A DNA stretch of 64,000 nt from Longibacter sp. (lineage in GTDB: Bacteria > Bacteroidota > Rhodothermia > Rhodothermales > Salinibacteraceae), in NCBI RefSeq assembly GCF_051155795.1, contig NZ_DAXETW010000086.1:43759-107758 (forward strand), written 5' to 3'. Numbering within the stretch: position 1 is the stretch's first letter; each line of letters opens with the position of its first letter. Under the pieces are notes generated by a model that was given only the letters and a program-made list of their open reading frames with translations, had not been told where the DNA came from and made no database searches. Of the stretch, positions 10,593-21,463 are shown piece after piece. A program made the position numbers and the translations under genes.

Positions 10593-11762
10593 TTACCGGA
10601 TGTCGAGCAGGAGCGAGAACCGAAGCGTATTCGCAAGCGGGTTATTCTGCTCCAGCGTGTAAATGTAAGACACGTCAATGCCGATGATGTTGTATCGGAA
10701 ACCCGCACCGAAATTCAGGAACTCGCGATTTCCGTTTTTCGGGTCCTCGTAGTAGTACCCGGTACGGAGCGCGAAGAGCTGGCTGTACCAGTACTCGAGG
10801 CCAACGCCCATCGTCACCTGTTCGGCAACCGAAAGTTCGGTTACATCGCCCTGGGCATCTCTCTCACCCGGCTGAGCAGACCATGAGGAAAAGATCGGCG
10901 TAAACCATGTGTCCGGGTCGGAGCAGGTCTCCTGCGTATCGGGGTCCGAGTCTCGCTCGCAGCTCACGTAATCCACATTCGACAGCTGCTTCGTGAAGTC
11001 ATTCGCGATCGTCAGCGAGTTGTATTCGTCAAAGTCCATCGTCACCGCATATCCGACGCGGAGCATGGTCGGCATCGCCTGCAGATCCCGGTCATATTTC
11101 ATGCCTCCACCGATGTTGGAGATGTTGAGGCCGGTCGAAACCGTGACATCCGTGCCGCTGACGACGAAGGGATCGGTTCGATAAAGACCGGCAATATCGA
11201 GCGCGGCTGTGCTGGCCTGACCATCTACATCGTCGGTCGATGGCGATAGCTTGGAGTAAATGAACCGTAGACCACCGCCAACGGCGATGTTATCGTTCAA
11301 CTGGCGCCCGTACGACAGGCCCGTCGACAGTTCGAACGACCGTTCCACATCAAGCGGGTCGCCGTTTCCGTTCCGAACCTCGATCTCGCCGAGGTTGAGG
11401 AAGGTGACATGCCCGCCAAACGTGCCGATGCCGTCAAAGTGGGCCGTTCCGGCGAGGTATTCGAAGTACAGACCTGCATCGAACTCCGGAAGCCAGCTGG
11501 CGTGCGTGAATCCGACCTGCATGTCTCGCTGAAAACCGAGTCCGGCCGGGTTCCAGAACATGGCGTTCGCATTATCCGCCAGCGCGACACCGGTATTCCC
11601 CATGCCGGCAGCGCGGCTATCGGGTTCGATACGAAGGAACAGGGCCGTGGACTCCCCGAGCTGCGCATGCGCCGAGGGCGCGAGGCCAAACGTCAGGAGA
11701 AGGAGAGCAGCTAGGCTTCCGAGAAGCTTCGACTGCCCGGTTAGAAGGCGACCGTACATCAT
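10593..11762 (-). CDS. porV: Type IX secretion system outer-membrane protein PorV (PorV/PorQ family)
   Basis: FLRIEPDSRAAGMGNTGVA, MFWNPAGL, HASWLP, EYWYSQLFALRTGYYYE..NGNR, NPLANTLRFSL. Confidence 0.85.
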   Translation of the reverse strand: MMYGRLLTGQSKLLGSLAALLLLTFGLAPSAHAQLGESTALFLRIEPDSRAAGMGNTGVALADNANAMFWNPAGLGFQRDMQVGFTHASWLPEFDAGLYFEYLAGTAHFDGIGTFGGHVTFLNLGEIEVRNGNGDPLDVERSFELSTGLSYGRQLNDNIAVGGGLRFIYSKLSPSTDDVDGQASTAALDIAGLYRTDPFVVSGTDVTVSTGLNISNIGGGMKYDRDLQAMPTMLRVGYAVTMDFDEYNSLTIANDFTKQLSNVDYVSCERDSDPDTQETCSDPDTWFTPIFSSWSAQPGERDAQGDVTELSVAEQVTMGVGLEYWYSQLFALRTGYYYEDPKNGNREFLNFGAGFRYNIIGIDVSYIYTLEQNNPLANTLRFSLLLDIR

Positions 11763-12200
11763 GGAGACTGGTGATTCGTTGAGTACATGGGGATCTTGGG
11801 ACCTCCCGTTCCCAAAGCGGCGACAGCGCGCGTTGGCGTCAATGCATCCACTCGATACATCGGACAAAGGTTCATACGACACAGAAAACGCCTCTGCGTA
11901 TGAGTGTTGGCAGGAACCGACGGTTTGAAGCGACTACAGATGACAGACCGTAGTCCCGCAACCCACGACGACGGTTCACGCAACGGGAAGTCAGTAACAG
12001 TATGTACCCGATAGGCAGACGGCGGAGATGAGATTAGTGACGACACATGGTTATGGTATCCAAAATCCGGGACATGCACAAGCATAACCCGACGATCCGC
12101 ATGAACTGATCGTGATGCCTGATGTAGGCACGCCGTGCCGAGCCTGAAGCGTCATGCATCCTTGCGTCCGGCGGTGCTGGCAACCGATGCATGAGGTGAC

Positions 12201-12452
12201 CTATTCTTGCCCGTCCGCTTCTTTAAGCTCCGTCAGATGACGAAGGGCATCCGCCATACGGTCGGCAGCTTCCCGGATATCCTCTACCGATGTTAGAAAC
12301 GCATCGTCGAGATCCGCCTCCCTCCCAATTTCTAGCAAGAACTGAGCATTCCCTGAAATGATGGAGAGTGGGTTGTTCAGGTCGTGATATACCTTCGAAA
12401 GAGCCTCGCGCGCCTCTTCTGGCAGTGGATCCGTCGTGTCCGGTGCGTTCAT
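12201..12452 (-). CDS. Stand-alone histidine kinase dimerisation/phosphoacceptor (HisKA/DHp) protein
   Basis: H-box HDLNNPLSIISGNAQ in an 83-aa ORF with no HATPase domain. Confidence 0.75.
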   Translation of the reverse strand: MNAPDTTDPLPEEAREALSKVYHDLNNPLSIISGNAQFLLEIGREADLDDAFLTSVEDIREAADRMADALRHLTELKEADGQE

Positions 12453-12614
12453 GGGGGTCAGCGGTGAAATAAGATCAGGGCGGAACCGTACCGGCCCGAC
12501 GTTCCGTCGGGTTGTACCGGGTACGTTCGTCCGGAGCCGTCCGTCGTACGATTCATTCGGGAAAGCCGTACATGGGAGGCACCCGACGCGCCGGTCGGGC
12601 GCCCGCTCGAATGC

Positions 12615-13472
12615 CTAGAATTTCCGAAGGGGGCGTGGATCGCAGGTCGTGATGCCTCGGTCTGTTCGTTCGAGCGACGCGACTTCTACGTCCGGGTCAT
12701 GTTCGAAGAACAAGTTCCATTCCGCATCGACGGCGCGCTCCAAAAACGTCTGCTTTTCGTCGATCGTGACCAGGGGCCGGATGTCATACGCCATCGTCCA
12801 GGCCGACGCGAGATGGTGCGACGTTGGAAGCAAATCCGCCGCGTAGACAAGCGAACGCTTCTCGTCGGCGATTTTCACCATCTGCTGGGCATGGGTATGA
12901 CCGTTCGCCAACATCACCTCCACGCCGGGAAAGAGATGTCCCTCCCCGTCCACCTTACGCAACTGCCCACTCCGGTCCAAAGGTTCGAACGTATGCGTAC
13001 GAAATGACCCACGTTCTTTCGGATTGCTTTCCCTGGCCCACCGCCAGTGATCCCGCTGAACGTGGTAGGTTGCATTCGGAAAGGACGGCTGCCGCTCGCC
13101 CTTCACCTCTCGGGTGGCGCCACCGCAGTGATCGAAATGAAGATGCGTGAGAATGACATCGGTCACCTCCTCGCGCTCCACCCCAATCCCGGCGAGGGAA
13201 CGGTCCAGACTGGAGTGCTCCGTATCGACGGCATAAATGTCCCGATACTTGGTGCCGTCAAACACATCCCCGAGGCCACAGTCAATCAGAACGGTTCGCT
13301 CCTCAGACTGCAGGAGCAAGCACCGCATGGCGAGGGTAATCCGGTTATCATCGTCCGGCGCCATCTTGCCGGCCCAGAGCGGTTTGGGGACGATGCCGAA
13401 CATGGCTCCACCGTCCAGGCCAAACCGACCGGTTTCGATGGAGTGAAGCGTATACGATCCGATCGTAGTCAT
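12615..13472 (-). CDS. MBL-fold metallo-hydrolase (YtnP-like)
   Basis: LDGGAMFGIVPKPLW, THLHFDHCGG, GHT, FFEHD. Confidence 0.9.
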   Translation of the reverse strand: MTTIGSYTLHSIETGRFGLDGGAMFGIVPKPLWAGKMAPDDDNRITLAMRCLLLQSEERTVLIDCGLGDVFDGTKYRDIYAVDTEHSSLDRSLAGIGVEREEVTDVILTHLHFDHCGGATREVKGERQPSFPNATYHVQRDHWRWARESNPKERGSFRTHTFEPLDRSGQLRKVDGEGHLFPGVEVMLANGHTHAQQMVKIADEKRSLVYAADLLPTSHHLASAWTMAYDIRPLVTIDEKQTFLERAVDAEWNLFFEHDPDVEVASLERTDRGITTCDPRPLRKF

Positions 13473-13657
13473 CTACACGCGGAAGGGTGGGTGCGTACAC
13501 TGTGGTCGCGCCCAACATCCCAAAACCGGAGGTGAAAACCAAACATCCGCCCACATCTCGACAGAGGCGCAGACCCGCTCACGGGAGCCGATTCTGCAAT
13601 TCCAAGCAGGTCATACAGCTCAGGAATCGTGCCTCCATCTGTCACTGCCCCTGGCAA

Positions 13658-14296
13658 TCATACCTGCTCCGGCGGAAAATCCTTGAAGTGGCCGTTCGAC
13701 CGAATTTTTCGCCGCAAGTCCTCTTTCTGCTCCACCCGCGGGATCAGCATCTCGAAGTGCTGGATCAGATACCGGATACGATCAGACTCATCGCGAATCT
13801 CCAGAACTTCCTGCTTCTGATCGTTGCTCAAGCCGGCGTTTTGCGCAAGCACGAAGCTCAGGTCAGGGACGTCCACATACAGATCCGGGCGCACGGTCCG
13901 CCCGGCGAGTTCGAGCAGCTTCATGTGCTGCGTGATGACGCGCTCCCGGAGATCCGACTCGACCGGCTGCCGCTCGATATCGAAGATGTCAACATCGGCC
14001 GTCATATAGCTCTTACGCTCATGCACGTCCTTCAGCCCAAAGCGCTCCTCCCCTCGCACGATGATATCCATGCGCCCGTCATCATATCGGTTGACCACCC
14101 GCTGGATACGGGCGGTGGTGCCCACACTTGCCAGACGACCGTCGTCGACGCGGACGATCCCGAACGGAACGTCGTGCTCGAGGCAGTACGCAGTCAGGTC
14201 CTTGTAGCGCTCCTCAAAGATATGCAGTGGTAGCTGCTCGTTCGGGTACAGAACGAGGCCGAGGGGAAAGAGGGGCAGGGACTCAAACGTTGCCAT
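13658..14296 (-). CDS. LON peptidase substrate-binding (N-terminal) domain protein
   Basis: LPLFPLGLVLYPNEQLPLHIFEERY...DGRMDIIVRGEERF. Confidence 0.88.
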   Translation of the reverse strand: MATFESLPLFPLGLVLYPNEQLPLHIFEERYKDLTAYCLEHDVPFGIVRVDDGRLASVGTTARIQRVVNRYDDGRMDIIVRGEERFGLKDVHERKSYMTADVDIFDIERQPVESDLRERVITQHMKLLELAGRTVRPDLYVDVPDLSFVLAQNAGLSNDQKQEVLEIRDESDRIRYLIQHFEMLIPRVEQKEDLRRKIRSNGHFKDFPPEQV

Positions 14297-14374
14297 GAGA
14301 CGCGATCTGTATACTTCTGCTGGGGCTACAGACAACCAGCGATTGTGAATCGGTGTTTCAGACCGACCACCTCG

Positions 14375-16249
14375 TTACCCTTGCCCGGACGCGCGCTCCG
14401 ACGGGGGATTGCCGGCCGTCACCTGCTCTCCCCTCCGGCGGTACAGCACCACGCCTCCAGCCGCCGCCACCGCCCCGAGTCCGGCCGCCAGAAGCGGGCG
14501 AAGCAACAGGGCCGCCCCGATCGCGAACATCAGTCCGTACAGCACCAGCACAGCGGCAGCGGCACGGATCAGGCTGTCCTGCAGCGACTGAATGGGAGTC
14601 AACCCGGTCTCGGCACGCTGAGTCTTCCAGCCGGGCCCGCCGGGACGAACCATTTCGTAAAACCGGCGCAGCGTCTCGGGCGTCTCCGGCGCCGTTGCAT
14701 ACATCACGGGGACCCAGATAAGGGTCGTGATGACCGTGATCATCATCAGGCGGAAGCCGAAGTCCGCGACGAGGATCGGCACCTCAACCGGAATTCCCAG
14801 TCCTGCGAGACTGATCGAGGCCGGCCCCATGGAGGTGAGCAGTCCGACCGCCATGCCGGCGGCCATGGCAGCCAGTTCGGCCCATGCGTTCACGCGCCAC
14901 CAGAACCACCGAAGAATGAGGACAACGCCCGGCCCGGTCCCGACCGCGATCACGAGCTGGAAGATCCACTGGACGCTCTCAGCATAAAACGCGGCGGCCG
15001 CCCCGAGAACCGTGATCAGCACCGAGGCCATGCGCCCGAACGCGACCAGTTCGGCCTGCGTCGCGTCGGGCCGAAGAAATCGGCAGTAGATGTCATTCGT
15101 CAGATAGGAGGCGCCCCAGTTGATCTGGGTGGACACCGTGCTCATGAACGCCGCCACCAGCGACGCGACAACGACGCCCAGAAGCCCGGCAGGCAGGAAG
15201 TCCAGCATGAGGCGCGGATACGCCAGTTCCGGATCCTGCATGTCCGGATACAGAACGACGGCCGCCAGCGCGACCAGGACCCACGGCCAGGTGCGCACCA
15301 CATAGTGCATGATGTTGAAAAGCCACGCGGCTTTTTCGGCGCTTGCCTCGTCTCGAGACGCAGCCAGCCGCTGGATAAACTCGCCGCCCCCGTCACTACG
15401 GCGAAACGTCCACCACTGAATGAAAACGTGCGCGACGAACGAGGTGGCGCTGATTCCGGCGAAGGCGCTCCATCCGATGCCCCACCATCCGGTCGCGCCA
15501 GGGTCGAAGGTGAGTGGCGTAAAGGCGAGGACGTCGAAGTCGGTGAACGCCTGCGCCTTGGCGACCAGCCCGCTCAGACCTCCGACCTGCGGACTTCCGA
15601 TGGCAAAGATAGCCACGACGATCGCGCCGAAAAGCGCCAGGAAGAACTGGAAGAAGTCCGTTGCCACCACCCCCCACAGGCCGGACAGGCCTGCATACAG
15701 CAGGACGAGAAGGGAGACGCCCACGATGCTCAACAACTTCGGGTCTGCGCCGAGAACCAACTGCCCTTCCTGAAAACCGACGCTCTGCCAGATCTCCAGT
15801 CCCCCGACCACCTTCACCGCGGCGAGCATTCCGAGCCCGATCCCTATGCAGTTGATCGGAATGGCGAAGAGGAACGCTTTCACCCCGCGAAGAATGGCGG
15901 CCGAGCGCCCGCCGTAGCGGATTTCGGTCAGTTCGGCGTCGGTCACGATCTCACTTCGCCGCCACAACCGGGCAAAAACGTAGATCAGAACGACGTGGCC
16001 TGTGCCAAAGGCCCACCACTCCCAGTTTCCGGCAATCCCTCGGCTCCCGACGACCCCGGCCACGTACAATGGCGTATCGATCGAAAACGTGGTTGCCGCC
16101 ATGGACGTCCCCGCCAACCACCAGGGGAGCGATCGCCCGGACACGAAGAAGTCCTCGATGGAGCCGGAGGCACGTCGCGACAGGTACGCCCCAAGCCCAA
16201 GCGCACCGAGCATGTACGCGATCACGATAATCCAGTCGATCGTCTGCAT
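14375..16249 (-). CDS. Sodium:solute symporter (SSS) family protein
   Basis: Many TM helices; DFFVSGRSLPWWLAGTSM, AAFMSTVSTQINW. Confidence 0.9.
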   Translation of the reverse strand: MQTIDWIIVIAYMLGALGLGAYLSRRASGSIEDFFVSGRSLPWWLAGTSMAATTFSIDTPLYVAGVVGSRGIAGNWEWWAFGTGHVVLIYVFARLWRRSEIVTDAELTEIRYGGRSAAILRGVKAFLFAIPINCIGIGLGMLAAVKVVGGLEIWQSVGFQEGQLVLGADPKLLSIVGVSLLVLLYAGLSGLWGVVATDFFQFFLALFGAIVVAIFAIGSPQVGGLSGLVAKAQAFTDFDVLAFTPLTFDPGATGWWGIGWSAFAGISATSFVAHVFIQWWTFRRSDGGGEFIQRLAASRDEASAEKAAWLFNIMHYVVRTWPWVLVALAAVVLYPDMQDPELAYPRLMLDFLPAGLLGVVVASLVAAFMSTVSTQINWGASYLTNDIYCRFLRPDATQAELVAFGRMASVLITVLGAAAAFYAESVQWIFQLVIAVGTGPGVVLILRWFWWRVNAWAELAAMAAGMAVGLLTSMGPASISLAGLGIPVEVPILVADFGFRLMMITVITTLIWVPVMYATAPETPETLRRFYEMVRPGGPGWKTQRAETGLTPIQSLQDSLIRAAAAVLVLYGLMFAIGAALLLRPLLAAGLGAVAAAGGVVLYRRRGEQVTAGNPPSERASGQG

Positions 16250-16532
16250 GTAAGAGGCGGCAAAACCAGATCAATGCGATCAAGAGCGACACAGGGCGCA
16301 CGTGTCGGCCACGGGACGACGTCCAACGGCAGCGTCGCGTACGGCAGCAAACGTCGGTCCGCGATCGACGGCACCACGGCACAGTGCTACGCCTTTTCCC
16401 ATGTGCGACATGCGAACATCGCCATACGAACACACGAATGCCAGCGGGCTCGATGAACGGGCACCGCTGGCATCGTGAAAGGCTGGCTGCGTATGGGTGG
16501 GACCGTGCCGAACACGTCACACGGGAATCGGC

Positions 16533-17036
16533 TCACACAGCGGCGCGAGCGCGAGGCCCAACCGGATTGGGGTCATGCGACGGGGTCGGATGAGTGGCAG
16601 CGGCGGCGAGGCGCTCGGCGGTCTCCCGTTCCGCTTCCGTACCGTACTTGTGAATGAAGTACTCAAGGTACGAAGATGCTACGTCGGACTCCTCTTCGCT
16701 TGCACAGAGATAATAATTCTGCTTATACGGTTTGTCCCATTGACTTGGGAAGAACAACTCGCGGCACTGCGCCTTCGTCAAGCCCAGAGCATCGGCTGCT
16801 TCGTCCCACATGCCGCCTCCGGTGTGGAAACCGCCGACTTCGAGAAGTTCGCGCTCGTCCATGCGATCGCTCTGGAGAAGCACGTGGCCGGCGATACAGC
16901 ACTTAAAGCCGTCGGGGTGCGCATCGCCGTCAATGACGGCGTCGGCGTTACGGGCAAAGGCCCACTGAGCCGCAGAAAAACGACCCGGGTAGAAGACAAT
17001 CGCCTGCCGTACGTTTTCCAGAAGTTCGACGTTCAT
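16533..17036 (-). CDS. Hypothetical protein
   Basis: 167-aa acidic ORF co-oriented with its neighbours; CCIAGH motif. Confidence 0.7.
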   Translation of the reverse strand: MNVELLENVRQAIVFYPGRFSAAQWAFARNADAVIDGDAHPDGFKCCIAGHVLLQSDRMDERELLEVGGFHTGGGMWDEAADALGLTKAQCRELFFPSQWDKPYKQNYYLCASEEESDVASSYLEYFIHKYGTEAERETAERLAAAATHPTPSHDPNPVGPRARAAV

Positions 17037-17172
17037 AAGATTCGCGTCCAGTTCGCGTCAAATGGGTAGATCGAGGTTGGGACCGGGCGGGCACACCGGA
17101 TTTGGATACTTTCTTACCGTGATGTAACGGGATGGGTTCACACGTCCTTCCCGTCACCATCCGGCATTGGCG

Positions 17173-18165
17173 CTATTTCACGCCCTCGCTCATCGACAAC
17201 ATGCGTTCGATCGGCTTCAGCGCATCCTGACGGAGCGACTCCTCCATCGTAATCTCCGGCGCCTCGTGCTTCAAGCACAGATACAGCTTTTCAATGGTAT
17301 TGAGGCGCATATGCGGGCACTGACTGCAGTTGCAACCGCTCTCGGGAGGGGCTGGGATGAGCGTGTTGCCGGGCTTGTCCTTCTCCATCTGATGGAGAAT
17401 GCCTTCCTCCGTGGCCACGATGAACTTGGCCGGACCATTCTCCTCCGCATGGCGGCGGATCTGACTCGTAGACCCGACGAAGTCGGCGTGGCGCAGGACG
17501 GCATCCCGACATTCCGGGTGGGCAAGCGTGGTGGCATCCGGGTGCTGCGCCTGGAGCCGGAGAAGCTTCTTTTCGCTGAACGTCTCATGAACGATGCAAA
17601 CGCCATCCCACAGGACCATATCCCGACCCGTTTCCTTGATCAGATACTCACCCAGGTTTCGGTCCGGAGCAAAGATGATCGGCTCGTCCTCCGGGAGCTG
17701 GTTAATGATATGGGCTGCGCTCGACGACGTACAGATAATGTCTGAGAGCGCCTTTACGGCTGCCGAACTGTTGACGTAGGTGATAACCGTGTGGTCCGGA
17801 TACCGGTCACAAAACGCTTTAAAGGCATCCGGTGGGCACGTGTCGGCAAGCGAACATCCCGCGTTCAGATCGGGAAGAATCACCTTCTTTTCCGGATTCA
17901 GGATTTTCGCCGACTCCGCCATAAAATGGACGCCGGCAAAAACGATAATTTCGGCATCGGTTTCGGATGCTTCGCGAGCGAGTCCGAGCGAATCGCCGAT
18001 GTAGTCCGCAATGTCCTGAATGGCCGCCTCCTGATAATAGTGCGCAAGGAGAATGGCATTCTTCTCGGATTTCAGCCGTTCGATCTCGTCGAACAGGTCC
18101 AGCGTGGGGTCGATGTCTTCGTCGACGAAACCGACCGAGGGGTCCAGCACGGCAACTTCTGTCAT
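17173..18165 (-). CDS. nadA: Quinolinate synthase
   Basis: LAHYYQ, GVHFMAE, AGCSLA, CIVHE, CPHMRLN. Start at ATG 18165. Confidence 0.95.
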   Translation of the reverse strand: MTEVAVLDPSVGFVDEDIDPTLDLFDEIERLKSEKNAILLAHYYQEAAIQDIADYIGDSLGLAREASETDAEIIVFAGVHFMAESAKILNPEKKVILPDLNAGCSLADTCPPDAFKAFCDRYPDHTVITYVNSSAAVKALSDIICTSSSAAHIINQLPEDEPIIFAPDRNLGEYLIKETGRDMVLWDGVCIVHETFSEKKLLRLQAQHPDATTLAHPECRDAVLRHADFVGSTSQIRRHAEENGPAKFIVATEEGILHQMEKDKPGNTLIPAPPESGCNCSQCPHMRLNTIEKLYLCLKHEAPEITMEESLRQDALKPIERMLSMSEGVK

Positions 18166-18305
18166 GAAATCGGATGCAGCGTGGGGAGGGATGCGCAGCG
18201 GCAGAGCGGGAGGCTCACCGCGGCGTGAAACGAGGTGGTATGCGCGGTACAACATGTGGCACCGGCACGTGAATCCGTTCGCGGAAACGACGTGAATGTT
18301 CCCCG

Positions 18306-19070
18306 CTACGGGTGCGAGCCTTGCAACGGATCGGACAGGTCATCGGTGTCAGAGGAACCGGGCATCAGCGGCATGCCATCCTCGAGATCGACGTCGTGCA
18401 GCGTGCCGTGATCAAGCTTCAGCACGCGGTCGGCGATGGCGGCGAGGCCGGGGTTGTGCGTGACCAGAACAAACGTCTGGTTCATGGTCTCGCTCAGGCG
18501 CTCGATCTCGCGATGGAGCGGTTCCGCCGTCTGCGCGTCGAGATTCCCCGTTGGCTCGTCCATGAGGACGAGCGCCGGCTCGTTCATCAGGGCACGCGCG
18601 ATGGCTACCCGCTGCTTCTCCCCACCCGACAACGCATTCGGGCGATGGGTGGCGCGTCCAGACAGACCCAGCAGGTCGAGCAGATCGCGCGCTCGGGGCT
18701 CGGCTTCCTCCATTCCCTGGTGCTGAATCAGCGCCGGCATGGCTACGTTCTCCAGCGCCGTAAACTCGGGGAGAAGGTGATGGAACTGGAAAACGAACCC
18801 GATCGACCGATTTCGAAACGCCGCCAGTTCGTCGTCCGAAGCCGTAGACAGATCGCTATTTTCGAAGGTGACGGTCCCGGCCGTAGGCCGCTCGAGCGCC
18901 CCCAGAATATGCAGCAGGGTCGACTTCCCTGTCCCACTCTCTCCCATCACGGCGACGATTTCCCCCGCGCGGATCTCAAGATCGACGCCCCGCAGCACAT
19001 GCAGCGGCGTCTCACCTCCCGTGTCGTATTCTTTGGTTACTCCGGCTGCACGCAGCAGAGACTCGGACAT
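18306..19070 (-). CDS. lolD: ABC transporter ATP-binding protein, LolD-like
   Basis: [45 protein letters not shown]. Confidence 0.8.
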   Translation of the reverse strand: MSESLLRAAGVTKEYDTGGETPLHVLRGVDLEIRAGEIVAVMGESGTGKSTLLHILGALERPTAGTVTFENSDLSTASDDELAAFRNRSIGFVFQFHHLLPEFTALENVAMPALIQHQGMEEAEPRARDLLDLLGLSGRATHRPNALSGGEKQRVAIARALMNEPALVLMDEPTGNLDAQTAEPLHREIERLSETMNQTFVLVTHNPGLAAIADRVLKLDHGTLHDVDLEDGMPLMPGSSDTDDLSDPLQGSHP

Positions 19071-19164
19071 GTGGACAGCAGCTCTCGAAAAAGGTCGATG
19101 AACCCCGGCCGACTTCCACCATGGCGGAGTGTGGGCACGGAAAAACGAACGAGCCGGCGATAAT

Positions 19165-20544
19165 TCAGCCCTCCCGCTCGATGTTGAACTTGTTCAGCTT
19201 GTTGTATAAGTGCGACCGCTGAATATTTATCGCCTCGGCGGTCTGTGTCACGTTCCAGTCGAACTCGTCGAGTTTGTACTCGAGAAACCGTTTCTCAAAC
19301 GCGTCACGAGCTTCCGTCCAGTCTTCGTACTGATGTAGCAGGTCGGACGACCCGGCATTCGCTTCCGCGCCCGGGGTGACGAACCGCTCCACGTCGGCTT
19401 TCTCAATCCGGTCGCCGTCCGCGAGAATGAGAACGCGCTCGATCACGTTGTGGAGCTCGCGCACGTTACCGCGCCAGTCGTACTTTTTTAGGTGGTCCAG
19501 TGCGTCGTCTGCAAACTCGCGGTTCGGGAGCGCATTCCGGGACGCTACGCGACCGGCGATGTGCTGCGTGATCGGGGGAATATCTTCGCGCCGGTCCCGA
19601 AGCGGCGGCACGTTGATCAGTATCACACCGATCCGGTGGTAGAGGTCTTCGCGAAATGTCCCCTCCTCGATTTCGTCCAGGAGATCCTTGTTGGTGGCCG
19701 CCACAACGCGAACATCAACCTCGATGGATCGGTCCCCGCCCACTCGCTGAATCCGGCTTTCCTGCAGTACCCGTAAGACCTTCGCCTGCGCAGACAGACT
19801 CATGTCGCCGATTTCGTCGAGAAACAGGGTGCCCTCGTTTGCCTGTTCAAATTTCCCGATGCGCTGCTGCGTCGCTCCGGTGAAGGCCCCTTTCTCGTGG
19901 CCGAAAAGCTCACTCTCGATGAGTTCACTCGGAATAGCCGCACAGTTCACCTCGACCATCGGCCCGCCGGCGCGCGGGCTTTCATGGTGGATCCACTTCG
20001 CGACGAGTTCTTTCCCCGTCCCGTTTTCGCCCGTAATCAGGACCCGCGCCTCGGTAGGGGCAACCCGTTCGATGGTTTCCTTGATTTCCGTGATCGCCGG
20101 GCTCTCACCGATGATCGGCGTCAGGTCGCCGGTGCTATGCTCCGAGATCGCCTGACGCATCCGACGGTTCTGCGTCTCGAGCTGGCCGTGGTCCAGGGCG
20201 TTCCGAACTGTCACCAGCATCCGGTTCAGGTCCGGCGGCTTCTCGATGAAGTCGAACGCCCCGAGCTTTGTCGCCTCAACAGCGGTCTCGATGTTGCCGT
20301 GGCCGCTGATCATCACGACGGGTACCTCGGCAGATTCGTCGGCACACGTCTTCAGGACCTCCATGCCGTCCATGCCCGGCATCTTGATGTCGAGGAGGAC
20401 CATGTCGAGCGACGAGGACCGGATGATTTCGAGCGCCTTCTCCCCGTCCTCCGCCTCTTCAACATCGTAGTCTTCGTACTCGAGAATTTCCCGGACCGTC
20501 CGGCGAATGCTCGGCTCGTCGTCTACGATTAAGATGGTTGGCAT
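19165..20544 (-). CDS. Sigma-54-dependent response regulator (REC-AAA+-Fis HTH; NtrC/NtrX-like)
   Basis: Receiver domain, GENGTGKE, intact GAFTGA loop, FLDEIG, C-terminal HTH. Confidence 0.93.
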   Translation of the reverse strand: MPTILIVDDEPSIRRTVREILEYEDYDVEEAEDGEKALEIIRSSSLDMVLLDIKMPGMDGMEVLKTCADESAEVPVVMISGHGNIETAVEATKLGAFDFIEKPPDLNRMLVTVRNALDHGQLETQNRRMRQAISEHSTGDLTPIIGESPAITEIKETIERVAPTEARVLITGENGTGKELVAKWIHHESPRAGGPMVEVNCAAIPSELIESELFGHEKGAFTGATQQRIGKFEQANEGTLFLDEIGDMSLSAQAKVLRVLQESRIQRVGGDRSIEVDVRVVAATNKDLLDEIEEGTFREDLYHRIGVILINVPPLRDRREDIPPITQHIAGRVASRNALPNREFADDALDHLKKYDWRGNVRELHNVIERVLILADGDRIEKADVERFVTPGAEANAGSSDLLHQYEDWTEARDAFEKRFLEYKLDEFDWNVTQTAEAINIQRSHLYNKLNKFNIEREG

Positions 20545-20704
20545 CGCAGGCGTAGAGGTTTGATCACGAGAGAGGTTAGAACAGGCACGGAAGGAATCTC
20601 AGCGATCGCCGCAACCGCGAACACCGCCGCCCTACCGACAAGATCCGGCAGTGGAGCGACGGTGCTTTCTGATTCAGTGGGCGTCGGAATGAGGTCGGCG
20701 TCCG

Positions 20705-21463
20705 TCAGGACGAGGCGGCACGCTTGGCCTCTAAGCGGGCAAGGAACACGTCCGCGTCGGCAGCAGCAGGGGACTCCGGGTACTCGTCTGCAACCTGGCG
20801 ATAGAGCTCTTCCGCCCGGGACAGGTTGTCAGCTCCCTCGAATGCCCGAGCCGCATCGATCAGATATACGGGCGACCGTGTTTCACTCTCGTACGCATCG
20901 GCGGCCTCCAGGTAGAGTTCGGCAGCACGCTCGTACGATCCGCGGGACTCGTAAATCGTCGCCTCTGCCGCGTAGGTGCTTGCGCCGATGAAATTCGACT
21001 CTTTGTCGAAGGACTGATACATCTGCAGCGCCTCGTCGTACTGCCCGAGGTTGAAGTAGGCATTGCCCGCGTAGAACGCCGCCAGGTTTCCGGCGGACGT
21101 GCCGCCGTACTGGTCAGCGATGTCAAGCAACCCGAGTCGGGCGTCCGCCTGTCCCGGCTGCGTTGATCGGGGGTCGGTCGGGTCGAGACGCTCAACGCCG
21201 TCGAGAGCCCTCTGGTAATCACCCGCTTCGTACACCGGCATGATCCGGCCAAGGTGCTCGGCGGCGACACCCGACTGTTGCTCCATATATACAAAGTATC
21301 CGCCCGCGCCGAGGGCGAGGAGCACAAGAACGGCGATAGCACCGTAAACAGTTGTTTTGTTGTCCTGGTAGTACATGACCGCGCGAGCCGTCACATCGAG
21401 CAGTGCGTTTCCGCTCGATTTGGAAGAAGTGGACGACGATTGCGGCGTCTGAACGGATGACAT
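20705..21463 (-). CDS. Membrane-anchored tetratricopeptide-repeat protein (YfgM-like)
   Basis: One N-terminal TM, then TPR-like helices (FYAGNAYFNLGQYDEALQMY). Confidence 0.8.
   Translation of the reverse strand: MSSVQTPQSSSTSSKSSGNALLDVTARAVMYYQDNKTTVYGAIAVLVLLALGAGGYFVYMEQQSGVAAEHLGRIMPVYEAGDYQRALDGVERLDPTDPRSTQPGQADARLGLLDIADQYGGTSAGNLAAFYAGNAYFNLGQYDEALQMYQSFDKESNFIGASTYAAEATIYESRGSYERAAELYLEAADAYESETRSPVYLIDAARAFEGADNLSRAEELYRQVADEYPESPAAADADVFLARLEAKRAASS

Noticed and set aside
14345-16456. 703-aa plus-strand ORF
   Set aside because: Antisense shadow of the SSS symporter; Arg/His/Pro-rich with no motifs, typical of high-GC DNA.
18166-18305. Possible NAD riboswitch upstream of nadA
   Set aside because: Only a short ACGTGAAT direct repeat is visible; no recognisable aptamer. 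An Rfam scan would be needed.
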